A stretch of DNA of 64,000 nucleotides, taken from Octopus sinensis. Its lineage: Eukaryota. Made by a program: the position numbers and the translations under genes. The DNA lies in assembly GCF_006345805.1 (NCBI RefSeq), contig NW_021832998.1, positions 1 through 64,000 of the forward strand, read 5' to 3'. The notes beneath the pieces were generated by a model. That model worked only from the letters and a program-made list of their open reading frames with translations. It was not told where the DNA came from and ran no database searches. Positions within the stretch are counted from its first letter, which is position 1, and each line of letters begins with the position of its first letter. This document shows positions 25,868 to 41,057 of this stretch, one piece after another.

Positions 25868-28155
25868 AGTGAATGTGTGTGCTTGTTGCTTGTAAGGTAT
25901 TGGCGAAAAACTACGTTATACAGAATTTGTTTATGTCATTTATGAAGCAGCCGTTTGGATGTTTGATAACATATTTCTTTCGTTATTTTAATCGCATCTG
26001 TCCACCTTTCTTTCGTTATTTTACCGCATTTTTTGCCCCCAACAAATTCCTATATAAACAAAACCTACATTGTCTGAAGCATAAGCGATATTTCGTTTTG
26101 GCATAGGCGAAGAAACAACGCCGATATGGGAATTCTTCGAAACTCCGCTCCCCTCTGTTCGGAAAACTTTTTCCCCAAACAAATTCCGATATAATCGGAA
26201 TCTACACCGTATTAAGAATATATGTAGAGAATTTTATTAAAAAATATCCATTCTTCTGAAAGTTACGAGGAAATAAATTGCAGGGGGCACACTTGTGTAG
26301 GAATGCCTACAAAGTGCGTGGAGTTGCCGTCGGAGATTTGGCTGTTATTTCTAGCATGTGAAAGCCTGTTTAATGCGCAGAGTGTAAAACCCTGACGCAT
26401 GTGCAATAAACGAAAGGGTTTAAAAACATCCGTACATTCGCGAGGGGCTACTGTGTTTTTTTTTGTTTTTTTTTTGTTGAAATAATGGAAATTAAAAATA
26501 AATTCTACTGTTTCGTTTTAACTCGCAAAGTTGTCAACGAACTGTTATCCGGATCCACTGTTTTGTTCTTCAATTTCCATGAAAATCTTTTATTTATTTA
26601 CTTTCGTTTTAAAGTGAAAGAGAGGAAGGTGGGGTGGGGGTGGGGAAATTAAGTTTTGAAATAGAAAAATTTATTTACAAATTCGTAATCTCCGTAGCTG
26701 AAAATGTGGGTTTCTGTAAAAAAAAAACAAGTGGGGTGTGGCCAAGCGTGAATGCCTTACACTAACTGCTAGGCTATGCATCCTATAATATATGGCATGG
26801 AATTTATGTGGAAAAATATATTGGTTTCAATTTTTCCATTGTATGTATCCACCAAATTTTCATTCCTGCCTCTGTACATCATCATTATCATCATCGTTTA
26901 ACGTCCGTTTCCCATGCTCGCACGCACGGGTTGGAATGTTCGACCGGGGGTCTGGTAAGCCATGGAGGCTGCACCAGGCTCCAGTCTGATTTGGCAGTGT
27001 TTCTACTACTGGATGCCCTTCCTAACGCCAACCACTCCGAGAGTGTAGTCATTTGCACATTAGACTTTTACGCCTTTACCATACAGCTTTACAGTCCTTA
27101 CTCAAATACAAGAGCCTGCATATGGTCATTTAACCCACTAGATGTAACAGCTAAATCTCCCTCAAATTACATCCTACTTTCTTGACAAAGTTTGACACAT
27201 TGGATTATGTTGTCCCAGATATGCAGTAGTTAACCCTTTCGTTACCATATTTATTTGAGATGCTCTGCATTTCTTTCAATTGTTTTAAATATAACAAAAG
27301 AATTTAGTAAAATAACTTAGTTATCATTCAGCTAGTGTTAGGGACATAAATTGCGACTAAGGTTTGGTGGAAGATTTTAATTCAAAACTTATGCAAACAA
27401 GACATTTGTACTACAGAACCAGAGCTGGTTTCAGCCGGGTTGGTAACAAAAGGGTTAAGCTAAGTTTAGGATGGTCATGATGAGCACTTTTGATTGTTAT
27501 CTACTGAATTGAGTCTGGTATGAATCTAACCAACATTACTTACATGACCTTCACCCATGGACTCTGCTGCCAGTTGAGGCAAGTGAAATCAAGGTTGAAA
27601 TCAAACTCTGGCATCCGTTGCTAGTGAAACGCTAAGAGTACCATTCGAGTGTGATCGTTACCGTGTCGTCTTACTAACACTTGTGCTAGTGGCATTTGAA
27701 ACATTTGAGCAAAGGCGTCACCAGTGCCGCTGAACTGGTTCCTGTGCAGGTGGCACATAAAAAGCACCATTTGGGTGTGGCCGTTGCCAGTACCACCAAA
27801 CTGGCCCCCGTGCCGGTGGCACGTAAAAGCACCCACTACACTCTCGGAGTGGTTGGCGTCAAGAAGGGCATCTAGCTATAGAAACTCTGCCAGATCAAGA
27901 TGGGAGTCTGGTGCAGCCATCTGGTTCTCCAGACCTCAGTCAAATCGTCCAACCCGTGCTAGCATGGAGAGCGGACATTAAATAATGATGATGATGATGA
28001 TGATGATGATGAAACCCTTTGTTGTCTAAGATATAACAATTTCAGGTTCCTTTCTACGTCTCACTGGAAAGGAAGAAAATAATATAAATGAATAACAGAA
28101 CAATTTTTCTGTAATTAACGCAAATGTGATTTATTTATTTTTGTTTCCATTGCAG

Positions 28156-28379
28156 AAGCTATTGATGCCATCCTCTCGTTTTCTATGTCAGCGAGTGAAC
28201 TTTTGAGCCGACAGAAAATCACACGAGATTACCTGAAGAAGTATCTTTTCAGTCAAAAAGTTTCAGTGTCTGGTAGTTCAACAAAACAGGATTTAATTTC
28301 TCGAATTTTAGAATATTGGTCTGGAGAAAGGATTTCTTATCCTGCAGTCCAATCCCCACCCAGGGAGCAAACCCATTTG
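28156..28379 (+). CDS. C3orf38: C3orf38-like copy 2, exon 2
   Basis: Same splice sites and 224-nt length as 14048-14271; 6 substitutions. Confidence 0.85.
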
Positions 28380-29395
28380 GTAATTTTCTGACCTTTTCTT
28401 TTTTAAACTTTTCTCTAACTTTGGATGAAGATCAGCAATTTTCAGGAGAGGGCTAAGTCAATTACATTAACCCCAGTGCTCCATTGGTAATTATTTTATT
28501 GACCTTGTGAGGCAAAGTTAGCCTCAGTGGCTTAGCATTTTGTCTGGTACATTGACAGTTCCATCAGCTCTCTATCTTCCTTCTTCATTAAATGATTGAC
28601 TGTCAGCTACCTAATCAAGACATCCTACCTCCTAAACTCTACGAGATACTTCAATTCATCAAACTATTTATGAGTTCCCCCAGAGTTTTGCAAGCTGTCC
28701 CTGGCACTAGATCCGTTTCACCCTTGATCCATCTAAGACAGCTAAGCACATGACTTTAATGTGTTTCTTTTACATCCCATACACAACAAAACTACATAAC
28801 AGCCCCAAACTTCCAGGTGCTCCACACACAGGTGTGATATTACCTGTACTAGTGAACAGCAATACCTAGAGGAAAGTCCTGACTGTCACCAACTGGATGG
28901 TATTTACCCAGTTTTAAAATACCTTCAAAACTGCCATCTGCAAAGCAAACATCTTGCAAATTCTTTCCTCTCCTGAAATTCATTTGGTCTTTTTGACCCA
29001 GAAACAGAAGATTATCCACCATCTTTGTAGAATTCTCCTATGCTTTTAATTTCCAATGAAGATGGCACTGTAAGCAGTGCTCACATTTGTGCTGGAAACA
29101 TTTGCACTTGCTGTCACTTTTTTTTTACAGCTCTGTAATTCACACTCCTTGCAATTACTCATCGAAAACTTCCTCTTTTCAGTCAAATAGGTCAATATCA
29201 TATGTGTTCAGCATTGTCCTACCTACAATATATAACTTTCTCAACTTGACTGGGTACACTGTGTCTCATTCTCACTCTCTCTCTACATACATACATACAT
29301 ACAAACATACATGTGTACATACATACATATATAATACACACATGTGAGTCCACTGCCCTAACCACTGGGCCATTGCGCCTCCCTCCCATATATAA

Positions 29396-29429
<34 letters not shown>

Positions 29430-30005
29430 CATCATCATCATTTTAATGTCCGTTTATATGCTAGCATGGGTTGTGGACGGGTATATATATATATATATAT
29501 AATATATATAATATATATATATATATATATAAAGGGAAAGTTTACGAAAATAAACAAAAGACGAAGGCAGGTGGAGTATAAACAAACAAATGTATTAGTA
29601 TAGCGCTCAGGAATAGAAAATGCCTTTCCTAATGCCAACCATCCAGAGGGGACTAGCAATATATATATATATATGTATAACCGTGATCACCGTGACCGAC
29701 CGGGCTATCAGATGTGCTACCCATCGCTGGTCACAATGCGCTTCGCATTGTTTTAGCTTCAAATGACGCCACCCCGCTGGCTAAGCGAGGAGGCCAACAG
29801 GAGAAAGTGTAGAGAAAGTTGCGGCGAAAGAGTACAGCAGAGATCGCCACCAACCCCTGTTGGAGCCTCGTGGAGCTTTTAGGTGTTTTCGCTCAATAAA
29901 ACTCACAACATCCGGTCTGGGAATCGAAACTGCGATCCTACAACCGCGAGTCCGCTGCCCTAACCACTGGGCCATTGCGCCTCCACACACACACACACAC
30001 ATATG

Positions 30006-30106
<101 letters not shown>

Positions 30107-30108
30107 TA

Positions 30109-30148
<40 letters not shown>

Positions 30149-30266
30149 ATCCTATATACTGACTCACTCTGACTATATGCACTGTCTTATCCAGTCTATA
30201 CACCCTGTATCTTATCCTCTTCTCTATATACGCTATTTGATATTCTCTTTTTGTTTTTATTTCTAG

Positions 30267-30705
30267 GCAGAACCAAAACCCTGCCTTCCTTCTAGTGATG
30301 TGAAACAACTTGGCGAAACTTTGCATCTTGGTTTTATAATTGTTTACTCAGGAACTGAATGGTTTGAAAGATTAGTTTTGGCCCCGATGTTCCTTACATT
30401 ACTGTTGATATCTGAAGGGATAGAGAAAAGAAAGGACAGAGGGTGCTGATCTGGTCGCATGTAGACTAAAAAGATTAGTGAGCAAAGAGAACTTGCATTT
30501 CAATGCCAAAATCACCGGTGGTGGTGTTACGAGTCAAGTTGAGTTTTGGTATTGTGTGTGTTCTGGTTCGCGGTACGGTTCACAAAGGGGATCATGTCTT
30601 GGGACTTTTCGAACAGAAGTTTGATTTGCTCAGGGATCCTTCGTCAGCAAACAACTAGAAGAAGCGCATGTTTCACTAAAAGTTTGTGGCAAAGAGTGCC
30701 ATTAG
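30267..30705 (+). pseudogene. C3orf38: C3orf38-like copy 2, exon 3: shared TAG (30373-30375), several small deletions, extra TGG>TAG (30656-30658)
   Basis: Direct alignment to 16972-17418. The frameshifts may partly be consensus errors (see findings). Confidence 0.75.
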
Positions 30706-33700
30706 ACAACCAAGTTTCTGAGATTCTTCTGGACATGTAGAAAAAAAACACAAAAAACAAAAGCAAAAATCATTTTGTTTATGACTAAAATTGATATTAT
30801 ATGCAAGGAAATTATTCCATATTAAAATTATCCATTGAGACTTCTAATAAATGCTTCATTGAACATCAAACTAAATGTTTTCTGCTTTTCACATTTTCTT
30901 CTATTTCATCATCATCATCATCATCATTTTGGCATTTACTTTTCCATGCTTGGATGGGTGACACAGAATTTGTTGAAGCAGATCAAAAATCAATGGAAAT
31001 TGCAGTTGTGATACCAGTGCTGGTGGCACGTAAAAGATCCATCCGAACGTGGCCGCTGCCAGCGCCGCCTTGACTGGCCTCCGTGCTGGTGGCACGTAAA
31101 AAGCACCAACCGATCATGGCCACTGCCAGCCTCCCCTGGCACGTAAAAAGCACCCACTACACTCACGGAGTGGTTGGCGTTAGGAAGGGCATCCAGCTGT
31201 AGAAACACTGCCAGATCAGACTGGAGCCTGGTGGGTGCAGCCTCCCAGCTTCCCGACCCCGGTCGAACCGTCCAACCAGTGCTAGCATGGAAAATGGACG
31301 TTAAACGATGATGATGATGAGATACCTTTCCTGTCATTTACACTCACTCACCTGTTTCCAATAGAGATAATTTTTCCTCATTTCCAGATATATTTTCATG
31401 TATGTTTTGGCATGCTTTTTACAACTGGATGTCCATGTGGCTGTCCCTCTCGACATGTAGCATAAAGTGAACTCTTTCTTTACCACAGTTGAACTCAATC
31501 AAAGGGACTTTTTCCTTGTCTTCCAAGTTACTTGGAAACTTCACCAGTGATGGTACTATGAAAAAAAAAAAATAAAAAACAAGTATCCTGAACCTTCTGT
31601 AAAGTCAGAAAGAATATCCGGGGCTAATGCAGCTTTGCACCTCTCTTTGAAAAATGCATTTTTTTGAAAAGTTTTTTTTGCAGATTCCTACGTTAGATGT
31701 TAGAGATTATGAATATGAAAAAAAAAAAAAAAAATTCAACTCCCCTCCAACCCCCACCATGAAATTTAGAACTTTTTCGAAATATTTTTTCCGCTGTGTT
31801 TTAGATGATGGAGATTCCAGATATGCAAGAAACCAAGTTTTCTAAAGTTTAAATTCAATATATAGATAGGTGTATAAAGAGATAGACCTGAATGTCTTCC
31901 TGCGGCTAAAAACAACAGCAACACAGTCTTCTATAAGAGCGTCACCTTTAGTTGACAACCCACCTCTCCTTGAAAAATTTTTCTGACTCTTACGTTTTAG
32001 ATATTGTAGATTACAAACGAATATGCAAAAAAAGAAATTTTCAAAATTTTACCCCCACCTAAAAATTTTGATTTTGTTTACTTTAAAGAGATCATAGTGA
32101 ACTGACTAACATATGCAAATCGTAATTAAATCGAAATTAAATCCACACGAAAAAAATTTTTTTTTTGTATATTTGTAATCTCCGACATGTAAAACAGGAA
32201 TCTGAAAAATATCTTTTCGAAAAAAATGCATTTTTCGAGGAGAGGTGCGAAACTGCATTAGTCCCGAATATCCAGCCACAGAAATGCTGCAAAGTATTTT
32301 TTTTTCCCCAATGCCCTAATAACTCCGCCATCTCGGCAACAACTTCAAACTTTTAATAATAATAATAATAATAATAATGGACAGAAGGCGGCGAGTTGGC
32401 AGAACCGTTAGCACGCCGGGCGAAATGCGTAGCCGTATTTCGTCTGCCGCTCCGTTCTGAGTTCAAATTCCGCTAAGGTCGACTTTGCCTTTCATCCTTT
32501 CGGGGTCGATAAATTAAGTACCAGTTACGCACTGGGGTCAATGTAATCGACTTAATCCGTTTGTTTAGCCTCCTCTACGTTTAGCCCCTTGTGGGTAGTA
32601 AAGAAACAGAAATACGTATTTCGTCTGCCGTTACGTTCTGAGTTCAAATTCCGCCGAGGTCGACTTTGCCTTTCATCCTTTCGGAGTGGATTAAATAAGT
32701 ACCAGTTACGCACTGGGGTCGATGTAATCGACTTAACCCGTTTGTCTGTCCTTGTTTCTCCCCTTTGTGTGCGCGTGACGGGCTTCTTTTAGTTTCCGTC
32801 TACCAAATTCCACTTTGGTCGGCCTGAGCCTATAGTAGAAGATACTTGCTCAAGGTGCCACGCTAAGTGAAACTGAACTCAGAATCAAGCATCTCACCAC
32901 ACCATCATCATCATCATCATCAACATCATTTAACGTCCGTTTTCCATGCTGGTATGGGTTGGATGGTTTGACTGAAGACTGGAAAACCAGGAGGCCGCAC
33001 CAGGCTCCAATCTGATCTGGCAATGTTTCTACAGCTGGATGCCCTTCCTAACACCAACCATTCCGATATTGTAGTGGGTGCTTTTTACGTGCCACCGACA
33101 CAGGAGCCAGTCAGGCGGCACTAGCATCGGTCACGTTCGGATGGTACTTTTGACGTGTCACTGGCACAGGAGCAAGTCGGGGTGGGGTACTGGCATCGAT
33201 GACGTTCGGATGGAGTGTTTTACGTGCCAGCAGCACGGGGAGCCAGTCTCGCGGCAGTGACAACGACCCACGCATGAATGTTGTTTATTGCGTGTCACCA
33301 GCACGGGAGCCAGTCAGGCGGAACTGGCATCGCCAATCTGCAGTTTAGTTAAGAAAGAGCAGCGAGCGAAACATTGCCATTATTAATTCGTGATCAGCAA
33401 AAAAAGCAGAATTAACTTTAAATAGAAACACCTGTTTACCATATTTTTTGTGTAGATACATAGTGAAAGGGCAAATTTACTGTTGTGTTCATCCGGAGAT
33501 AGTCTCTCATACGCACTCGCTGTGTCAGTAAGCACAAAATACATATATTTCTTTACTACCCACAGAGAGGACAAACAAGGACAGACAAAGGGACTAAGTC
33601 GATTACATCGACCCCAGTGCGCAACTGGTACTTAATTTATCGACCCCGAAAGGATGAAAGGCAAAGTCGACCTCGGCGGAATTTGAACTCAGAACGTTAC

Positions 33701-34326
33701 GGCAGACGAAATACGGCCACGCATTTCGCCCGGCGTGCTAACGTTTCTGCACAAAATATATATATTAATAGTGACCAGTGGCGTTGAGAGGGGAGGCTGG
33801 TATGCATGGGTGACTGCTGGTCTTCCATAAAGAACCTTGCCCAGACCTATGCCTCGGAGGGTAACTTTCTAAGTGCGATCCCATGGTCATTCATGACCGA
33901 AGCGTTCACAATAGTCACCAGTTTCGCCTTAGTTTTTGGTTGGTATCGAGTACATGCTACTGAGAAAGCCCATCAAGGCATAAATTCGCCCGAAACAATC
34001 TCATTGGCGACTGCTAGGTGATCTCAGCTGGCTACTGATATATTTTGTATTTTTTAGACACAGTACGTCCACAAAATATATTATCTCTGGACGAACGTAT
34101 TAGGTATTGATTTCAAAATTTGGCACAAGGCCAGTAAGTTCGGAGAAGGCCGTAAGATCATCACGCTTGTCCCAGCAGTCAACTGGTACTTATTTAATCG
34201 GCCTCGAAAGGCAAAGTCGACCTTGGCGGAATTTGAACTCATAACGTAAAGACGGTTGAAGTGCTGCCAAGCATTTTGTCCGGCGTGGTAACTATTCTGC
34301 TAGCTCACCGCCTTAGAAATAATCAT

Positions 34327-34400
34327 TGGCCAGCAAGGGGCTCGAACCCATGACATTCGCATTATTAGTACGACGCTCTAATCAACTGAGCTAAGCGATC
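34327..34400 (-). tRNA. tRNA-Ile(AAT), degenerate, probably a pseudogene
   Basis: Minus strand GATCGCTTAGCTCAGTTGATTAGAGCGTCGTACTAATAATGCGAATGTCATGGGTTCGAGCCCCTTGCTGGCCA. D and anticodon arms are intact; two acceptor-stem mismatches and one T-stem mismatch. Confidence 0.7.
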
Positions 34401-35489
34401 ATTAAATATAACACAACATAGCAGACTACAGCTCGCGGGACTCTGTGTATGGTAAACCAAAGAAAAATTACCTTGAGGTCTCTCTCTTTTTTTTCTTTTT
34501 GTATTGGAAGTGCTGGTCACCTGAGGATGAATCATATCGCATATGTCTCGCTCTCAAAAGAGATTTCTCATTCTTGAAGTAGCAGTTTCCACGTTGGAAG
34601 AATAGTTTTGCTTTTTTATGAAGACTGCAGAGTTATTTCCCTTGAAAACGATACCAGAGTTACCTCCCCTGTAAATTAATCGGATTTTTCTGTATATTTT
34701 CGATAAGTGGACAGGAAATACGACTAACCGTCTTTTGTTATCAAAATTAATGCAGCCCAAAGTCTTTGTTTGCGTAATGTCTATTTCTTTATTGCCCACA
34801 AGGGGCTAAACATAGAGGGGACAAACAAGGACAGACAAAGGGATTAAGTCGATTACATCGACCCCAGTGCGTAACTGGTACTTAATTTATCGACCCCGAA
34901 ATGATGAAAGGCAAAGTCGACCTCGGCGGAACTTGAACTCAGAACGTAACGGCAGACGAAATACTGCTAAGCATTTCGCCCGGCGTGCTATCGATTCTGC
35001 CAGCTCACCGCCTTTTATTTGCGTAATATCATCAGTCGGTTACTGTTATCCAAAAGACACGATTTCCACATGTATCTACTGTGCTATATTTACTTCTAAG
35101 GCGAGCTGGCAGAAACATTAGCACGCCGGGCGAAATGCGCAGCCGTATTTTGTCTACCGTTACGTTCTGAGTTCAAATTCCGCCGAGGTCGACTTTGCCT
35201 TTCATCCTTTCGGGATCGATAAATTAAGTACCAGTTGAACTCTGGGGTCGATGTAATCGACTTAATCCGTTTGTCTGTCCTTGTTTGTCCGCTCTGTGTT
35301 TAGCCCCTTGTGGGTAGTAAAGAAATAGGTATCTCGTCTGCCGCTACGCTCTGATTTCAAATTCCGCCGAGGCCGACTTTGCCTTTCATCCTTTCGGGGT
35401 CGATTAAATAAGTACCAGTTACGCACTGGGGGTCGATATTATCGACATTATGATAACACATCCAATCAGTTAAAATCAGAAGCCACGAG

Positions 35490-35636
35490 AGCCACTGCCT
35501 GGTACTACATTTATTATTATAATCACTATTATTATTATTATAATCATTCTTCTTCTTCTTCTTCTTCTTCTTATTATTATTATTATTGTTATTGTTATTA
35601 TTATTATTGTTGTTGTTATTGCTGCTGCTGCTGCTG

Positions 35637-35684
<48 letters not shown>

Positions 35685-35890
35685 TTACTACTAGCACCAC
35701 CACCACTTACACCTCCAGGATGACGAATATCACCATCGGAAATACGGTAACCACCACCACCGCCATCACCACCATCGCCATCACCACCTCCTCTATCACC
35801 GTCAGCATCATCCCCACCACCACCACCACCACCACCACCACTACTGCCAATACTACCAGCACCCCCAACCCACCGCCACCCCACTACCAA
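35490..35890. repeat. Compound trinucleotide microsatellite (TTA, TTC, CTG, CTA, CCA)
   Basis: Directly visible runs; source of spurious low-complexity ORFs. Confidence 0.95.
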
Positions 35891-36254
35891 CGTGTCCAAC
35901 GGAAAACGCCTCTCTAATAATGCCGAGCGTTTTACGGGTGAGTGGTTTTAATCTGCATCGCATCAATCAATCTAATTTCCGTCTGGCCTACACAGATTGA
36001 TATCAATTTATCGTAATAATCCTTTCCACTATAGACAGCAAGGCCTGAAAGTTTTGGCGAAAGGAATTCGTCGATTACATCGACTCCAGTGCTCAACTGG
36101 GACTTATTTGATCTACCCTGGGAAGGATGAAAAGCGAAGTCGACCTCGGCGAAATTTGAACTCAGAAAGTAAAGACAGACGCAAATGCCATTAAACGTTT
36201 TGCCCGACGTCTTAACGATTCTGCCAGATCATCGCCTTAATACTAATGATAATG

Positions 36255-36286
<32 letters not shown>

Positions 36287-36362
36287 GGTGACGATGAGGA
36301 TGATGATGAGGATGTCATTTATTTTCCACAAGGGCGAAGGATGCGGGAGATAATACAAAGGC

Positions 36363-36396
<34 letters not shown>

Positions 36397-36583
36397 TGAT
36401 GATGATGATGATGATGATGATAATAATAATTTATCTCTGTATTGCCCACAAGGGGCTAAACATAGAGGGGACAAACAAGGACAGACAAAGGGATTAAGTC
36501 GATTACATCGACCCCAGTGTGAAACTGGTACTTTATTTATCGACCCCGAAAGGATGAAAGGCAAAGTCGACCTCGGCGGAATT

Positions 36584-36614
<31 letters not shown>

Positions 36615-37419
36615 CTTCATTTATGAGCCACTGAAGGTTCATATAAAAGGATCGGGGCGGTACAGTATGGGACAATACAATATAAATGGAGTGGGGTAAT
36701 GATGATGATGATGATGATGGTCGTAGTAGTAGTAGTGGTGGCGTCAATTTCTCATTAAAACTTATAAACAAAGAAAGAAAGAAAGAAACAAAGTAGGAGA
36801 CGAGGCTTTCAGATTATTATTGGGAATCGTTTCCAGACAGAGGTGGATTAAGTCAAATTGATTTGGATTAGTATTAAACTGGATAAAGTACAAATAGCTG
36901 ACTTGTTAGTGAGGTTGGACAGTAGATACAAGTGGGTCGTGAATTTCTATCCATTTACATTGACATTGAGCTTCTACTTTTCAATCATTGGACTACGGCC
37001 ATGCTGGGGCCTCGCTTTGAAGTATTTTTTTGTTTTAGTCGAAGGGTATCATAGTCGAATAGACCAGGCTCGTATCAGTACTTTTTTTCTTTTTTAAGTC
37101 TTGGACTTATTTCATCAGGGTCTCTTTTGCCGATCCCGCTAAGTTACGATGAGATAAACAAACCAGCACCGGTTGTCAAGCGGTAGGGTGCGGACAAACA
37201 TAGAGACACAAAGAAAAATGCACGCACACACACATATAAACACGCACACATATGCATACACATACGTACATATGTACATACATGCATACATCGATAAGGA
37301 GTCAAAATTATGATGATGTTTGGCTGACAACTGATGATGGACGAACATATTCACGTCCTTTGTTTTTTGCTGTTTTCCGAAAGTTCTTTCGTTGTCTTTC
37401 CGTGTAGCATTTTAATATA

Positions 37420-37722
37420 TCTATATATATAAAACTGAAGTTGTGTGGTGTCTGTCTCCTACGATTTAGATTCCTAACTACTCCCACATTTTGCGGTGCA
37501 GTGTAACCAAAAGCGGGTATCTTATAGTCGTGATTCATATCGAGCCCTTCTGTGTATTAGCGTGCGTCTACGATGAGTCTACGATTTAAAAAAAAAGTTT
37601 ACCATCATTTTTTCCATTTTTAATGCATTTTTTTGCTATTATATAAGGGAAGTAACTGTCTAAAAAATGCTTATATAGTTATTTCCCTTACAAAGCCGAG
37701 CAACGCCGGGCGATACTGCTAG
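37420..37722 (+). mobile_element. Non-autonomous Helitron
   Basis: A|TC...hairpin GCCGAGCAACGCCGGG...CTAG|T: canonical termini, AT target site, no TSD. Confidence 0.85.
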
Positions 37723-37774
37723 TAATATAATATAATATAATATAATATAATATAATATATATATATATTATATT

Positions 37775-37825
<51 letters not shown>

Positions 37826-37826
<1 letters not shown>

Positions 37827-38153
37827 GGTGCATAGCTCAGTGGTTAGAGCATCAAGCTTACAATCGGGAGGTTGTGAGTTCGATTCCCGGACCGGGCTGC
37901 GTGTTGTGTTCTTGATCAAGACACTTTATTTCTCGTTGTTCCAGTTCACTCAACTGTAGAAATGAATTGCGATGTCACTGGTGCGAAGCTGTATCGACCT
38001 TTGCCTTCCCCCTTGGATAACATCAGTGGCATGGAGAAGGGAGGCTGATATGCATAGGTGACTGCTGGTCTTCCATAAACAACCTTGCCCAGATTTGTAT
38101 CTTGGAGGGTAACTTTCTAGGTGCAATCCCATGGTCATTCATGACGGAAGGGG
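37826..38153 (+). mobile_element. tRNA-derived SINE family F (related pieces at 33775-33905 + and about 40070-40340 -)
   Basis: Head GGTGCATAGCTCAGTGGTTAGAGC, B box GAGTTCGATTCCC, shared body GGTGACTGCTGGTCTTCCATAA..CCCATGGTCATTCATGAC. Confidence 0.75.
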
Positions 38154-38909
38154 ATTCTACTCTCTTTGATAGGTCTTGTTTTGTTCCTTCTGAGTCCTAG
38201 AGTAGCTAGCTACTTGAGTGGGGGAACCGGTTTAGTCGCCGAACATCCATGTAGTGCTGGTTTACATGGTACCAGTAAAAAGTTTCATCAGCCTGTGATA
38301 GGATCGCTGACCTGACATCATCTCATGGACGTGCAGTGTTTAAGAACACGATGATATATCAGGAGGAAACGAAAATCGTCCCGGCAGTAACTAGTCAGAA
38401 TGCTTGATGCATTTGGGCCTCCTTGTCGATGGTGTGAACTCACAGAGAGCTTCATGCTTAGACGAGATTTGTCACTAAACATTCTCTGATACTGCGACTG
38501 CACACCGATGAGTCGTAAATAAAAATCCATTGAAAGAACAACGGATTAAGTTCCGTTGGGTCGTCAATTTAAACCCATTGCAAAGATATTAGGGGCTATA
38601 TTGATGGACAGTGCTGAATTTTGAACTTCAATACAGTTTTCATCTGAATAAAATCAAAATATCATTTGGCCAAGATGATAGTCTGTCGTACCGAACCCGA
38701 CATCTCACGTTTCTGATGCTTCTTCTGAACCATTCGATCACTCTGCGCCAATAAAAGATAAAACTAACCACGAAAGTATGGTGAGAGTAAATGGATCCTT
38801 CGTTTTTTGTAGTTGTTGTTGTTGTTGTCATGATGAAGGCTCCAGTTGATTGACCAATAACACTATCAACTTGCATTGTAGCGTAGTGAAAATGGTTGGA
38901 GATTCAAGG

Positions 38910-39480
38910 CGTCGAGCTGGCAGAAACGTTAGCGCACCGGGCGAAATGCTTAACGGTGTTTCTTCCACCGCTACGTTCTGAGTTCAAATTCCGCCGAGGT
39001 CGACTTTGCCTTTCAACCTTTCAGGGTCGATTAAATAAGTACCAGTTACGCACTGGGGTCGATATAATCGTCTTAATCCGTTTGTCTGTCCTTGTTTGTC
39101 CTCTCTGTGTTTAGCCCCTTGTGGGTAGTAAAGAAATAGAAATAGGTATTCTGTCTTTCTTTACGTTCTGAGTTCAAATTCCGCCGAGGTCGACTTTACC
39201 TTTCATCCTTTTGGGGTCGATTAAATAAGAACCAGTTACGCACTGGGGTCGATATAATCGACTTAATCCGTTTGTCTGTCCTTAGTGTTTAGCCCTTTGT
39301 GGGTAGTAAAGAAGTAGGTATTTCGTTTGCCACTGCGTTCTGCGTTCAAATTCCGTCGAGGTCGACTTTGTCTTTCATCCTTTCGGGGTCGATAAATTAA
39401 GTACCAGTTGCGTACTAGGGTCGATCTAATCGACTGGTCCCCTCCCCAAAGATTTCGGGCCTTGTACCTAGAGTAGAAAA
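38910..39480 (+). mobile_element. Family-A SINE concatemer (3 units, last with the alternative tail)
   Basis: Head-to-tail repeats; the final unit ends TGGTCCCCTCCCCAAAGATTTCGGGCCTTGTACCTAGAGTAG. Confidence 0.85.
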
Positions 39481-39660
39481 AAAAATGATTGGAGATTCCA
39501 TCACCACCACCACCACCACCACCACCATCACCCAACCTCATCACCATAACTACCACTATCACTACTGTAACCCCCTCTCCGACACACTATCATCACCAAG
39601 ATCCCTGCCACCACGGTCACCTCCACCATCTTTAACACCACCACCACTATCACCAGCACT

Positions 39661-39698
<38 letters not shown>

Positions 39699-40679
39699 AA
39701 GTCTGAAGATCGATCTCACCCCGATCCACTTTGGTCACCATGACCTTTTAATTTCCATTATTGCACTATGTTTTAGTAATATGATGCTAATATGATGTTC
39801 AAGGTCGATTAATATATACAGAGTATATATATAGGTTACTTTACTCCATACATAATCTGTTGCTGAATAGAAAGTCAGTTTTATTATACAAAACCCCCAG
39901 AGCGTTGGAGTGGTACAAACACCCGGATTAAACGGCGGATTAAAAGTCTAATAAGTATTTAATTTCATTCTTCTGTGTTCTACGTTCGAATCGTGCTAGG
40001 GTCTATCTTGCTACCACACGTCGTCTCTTTAAAGCCGAAAAAATATATACTCTGCCAGAAGAGACCCCCACCCCTTTCGATCACAAAGACCATGGGATTG
40101 TACCGAGAAAGTTCCCTTCCGAGACGCAAGTTCGGACAAGGTTGCTTATGGAAGACCAGCAGTCACCCATGCAGACCAGTTTTCTCCCGTTCCACGGCAC
40201 CGATGTGGTCCAAGGCAAAGGCCGAAACAGCTTGGCACCAGTGCCATCGCAATTCATTTTTTTACAGAGACGTGAAACAAAGTGTTTTGTTCAAGAGCAC
40301 AACACACAGCCCTGTTCGGGAATCGAACTCACAACATCACGAATTGTATATAATAAGTACAGGTATACTTCAACTTACGTCGGTGTTTGGTTCCATGACA
40401 TACGATTGAACTCGAAAAACAACGTCATACGAAAAAAAAAAGAATAAAAACATAAACAAACAATAGACAGATGCCGGAACAGCAACAAAAAACTGAGGCC
40501 TCTGACAGAAATTTGGGAAACCTAAGAATTAAGGAAGCTATCCTCATGGACAAACTGGGGCCCCAAATTAACAACAGGCTGGGGTTTAGCAATCAATATA
40601 TTATTTAGCCCCATCTGAATGCGTGTAAGTTCATTTCTGATAACATGCTCAATTATATATATATATATATATATATATC

Positions 40680-40710
<31 letters not shown>

Positions 40711-40726
40711 GATATATATATATATA

Positions 40727-41057
40727 TCTAGACAAGATATTGTGATAGCCTGGGCTTCAGAGGCCCACAGCTCTTCAATATCCTCCCGAAGAACCTGAGG
40801 GACCTGCATGGTGTAGATGCGGATGTCTTTAAAGTAGGACTGGATGTCTTCCTGTCAGGTGTCCCGGATGAACCAACTTCACGGCAGGAGGTGCAGGAGG
40901 GCAATGAGGGCACTGCATCGAACTCTATCTCTCATGCATCAGATGGCGTTTGCTAAAAAGCATCCGTGAGGTAAAATCGTGTAGCAAACCAATGGCGGTG
41001 CCCCAGCATGGCCACAGCTATTAGCTGAAACTGGAAAAATCAAAAATCAAAAATCAA

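Noticed and set aside
37826-37900. tRNA gene candidates at SINE heads (also 63363, 57883, 1950)
   Set aside because: They lack a complete acceptor stem and continue into repeat bodies; they are tRNA-derived SINE heads.
38200-38900. Non-repetitive segment with an ATG|GTGAGA donor-like site
   Set aside because: No convincing acceptor, open frame or homology; cannot be called an exon.
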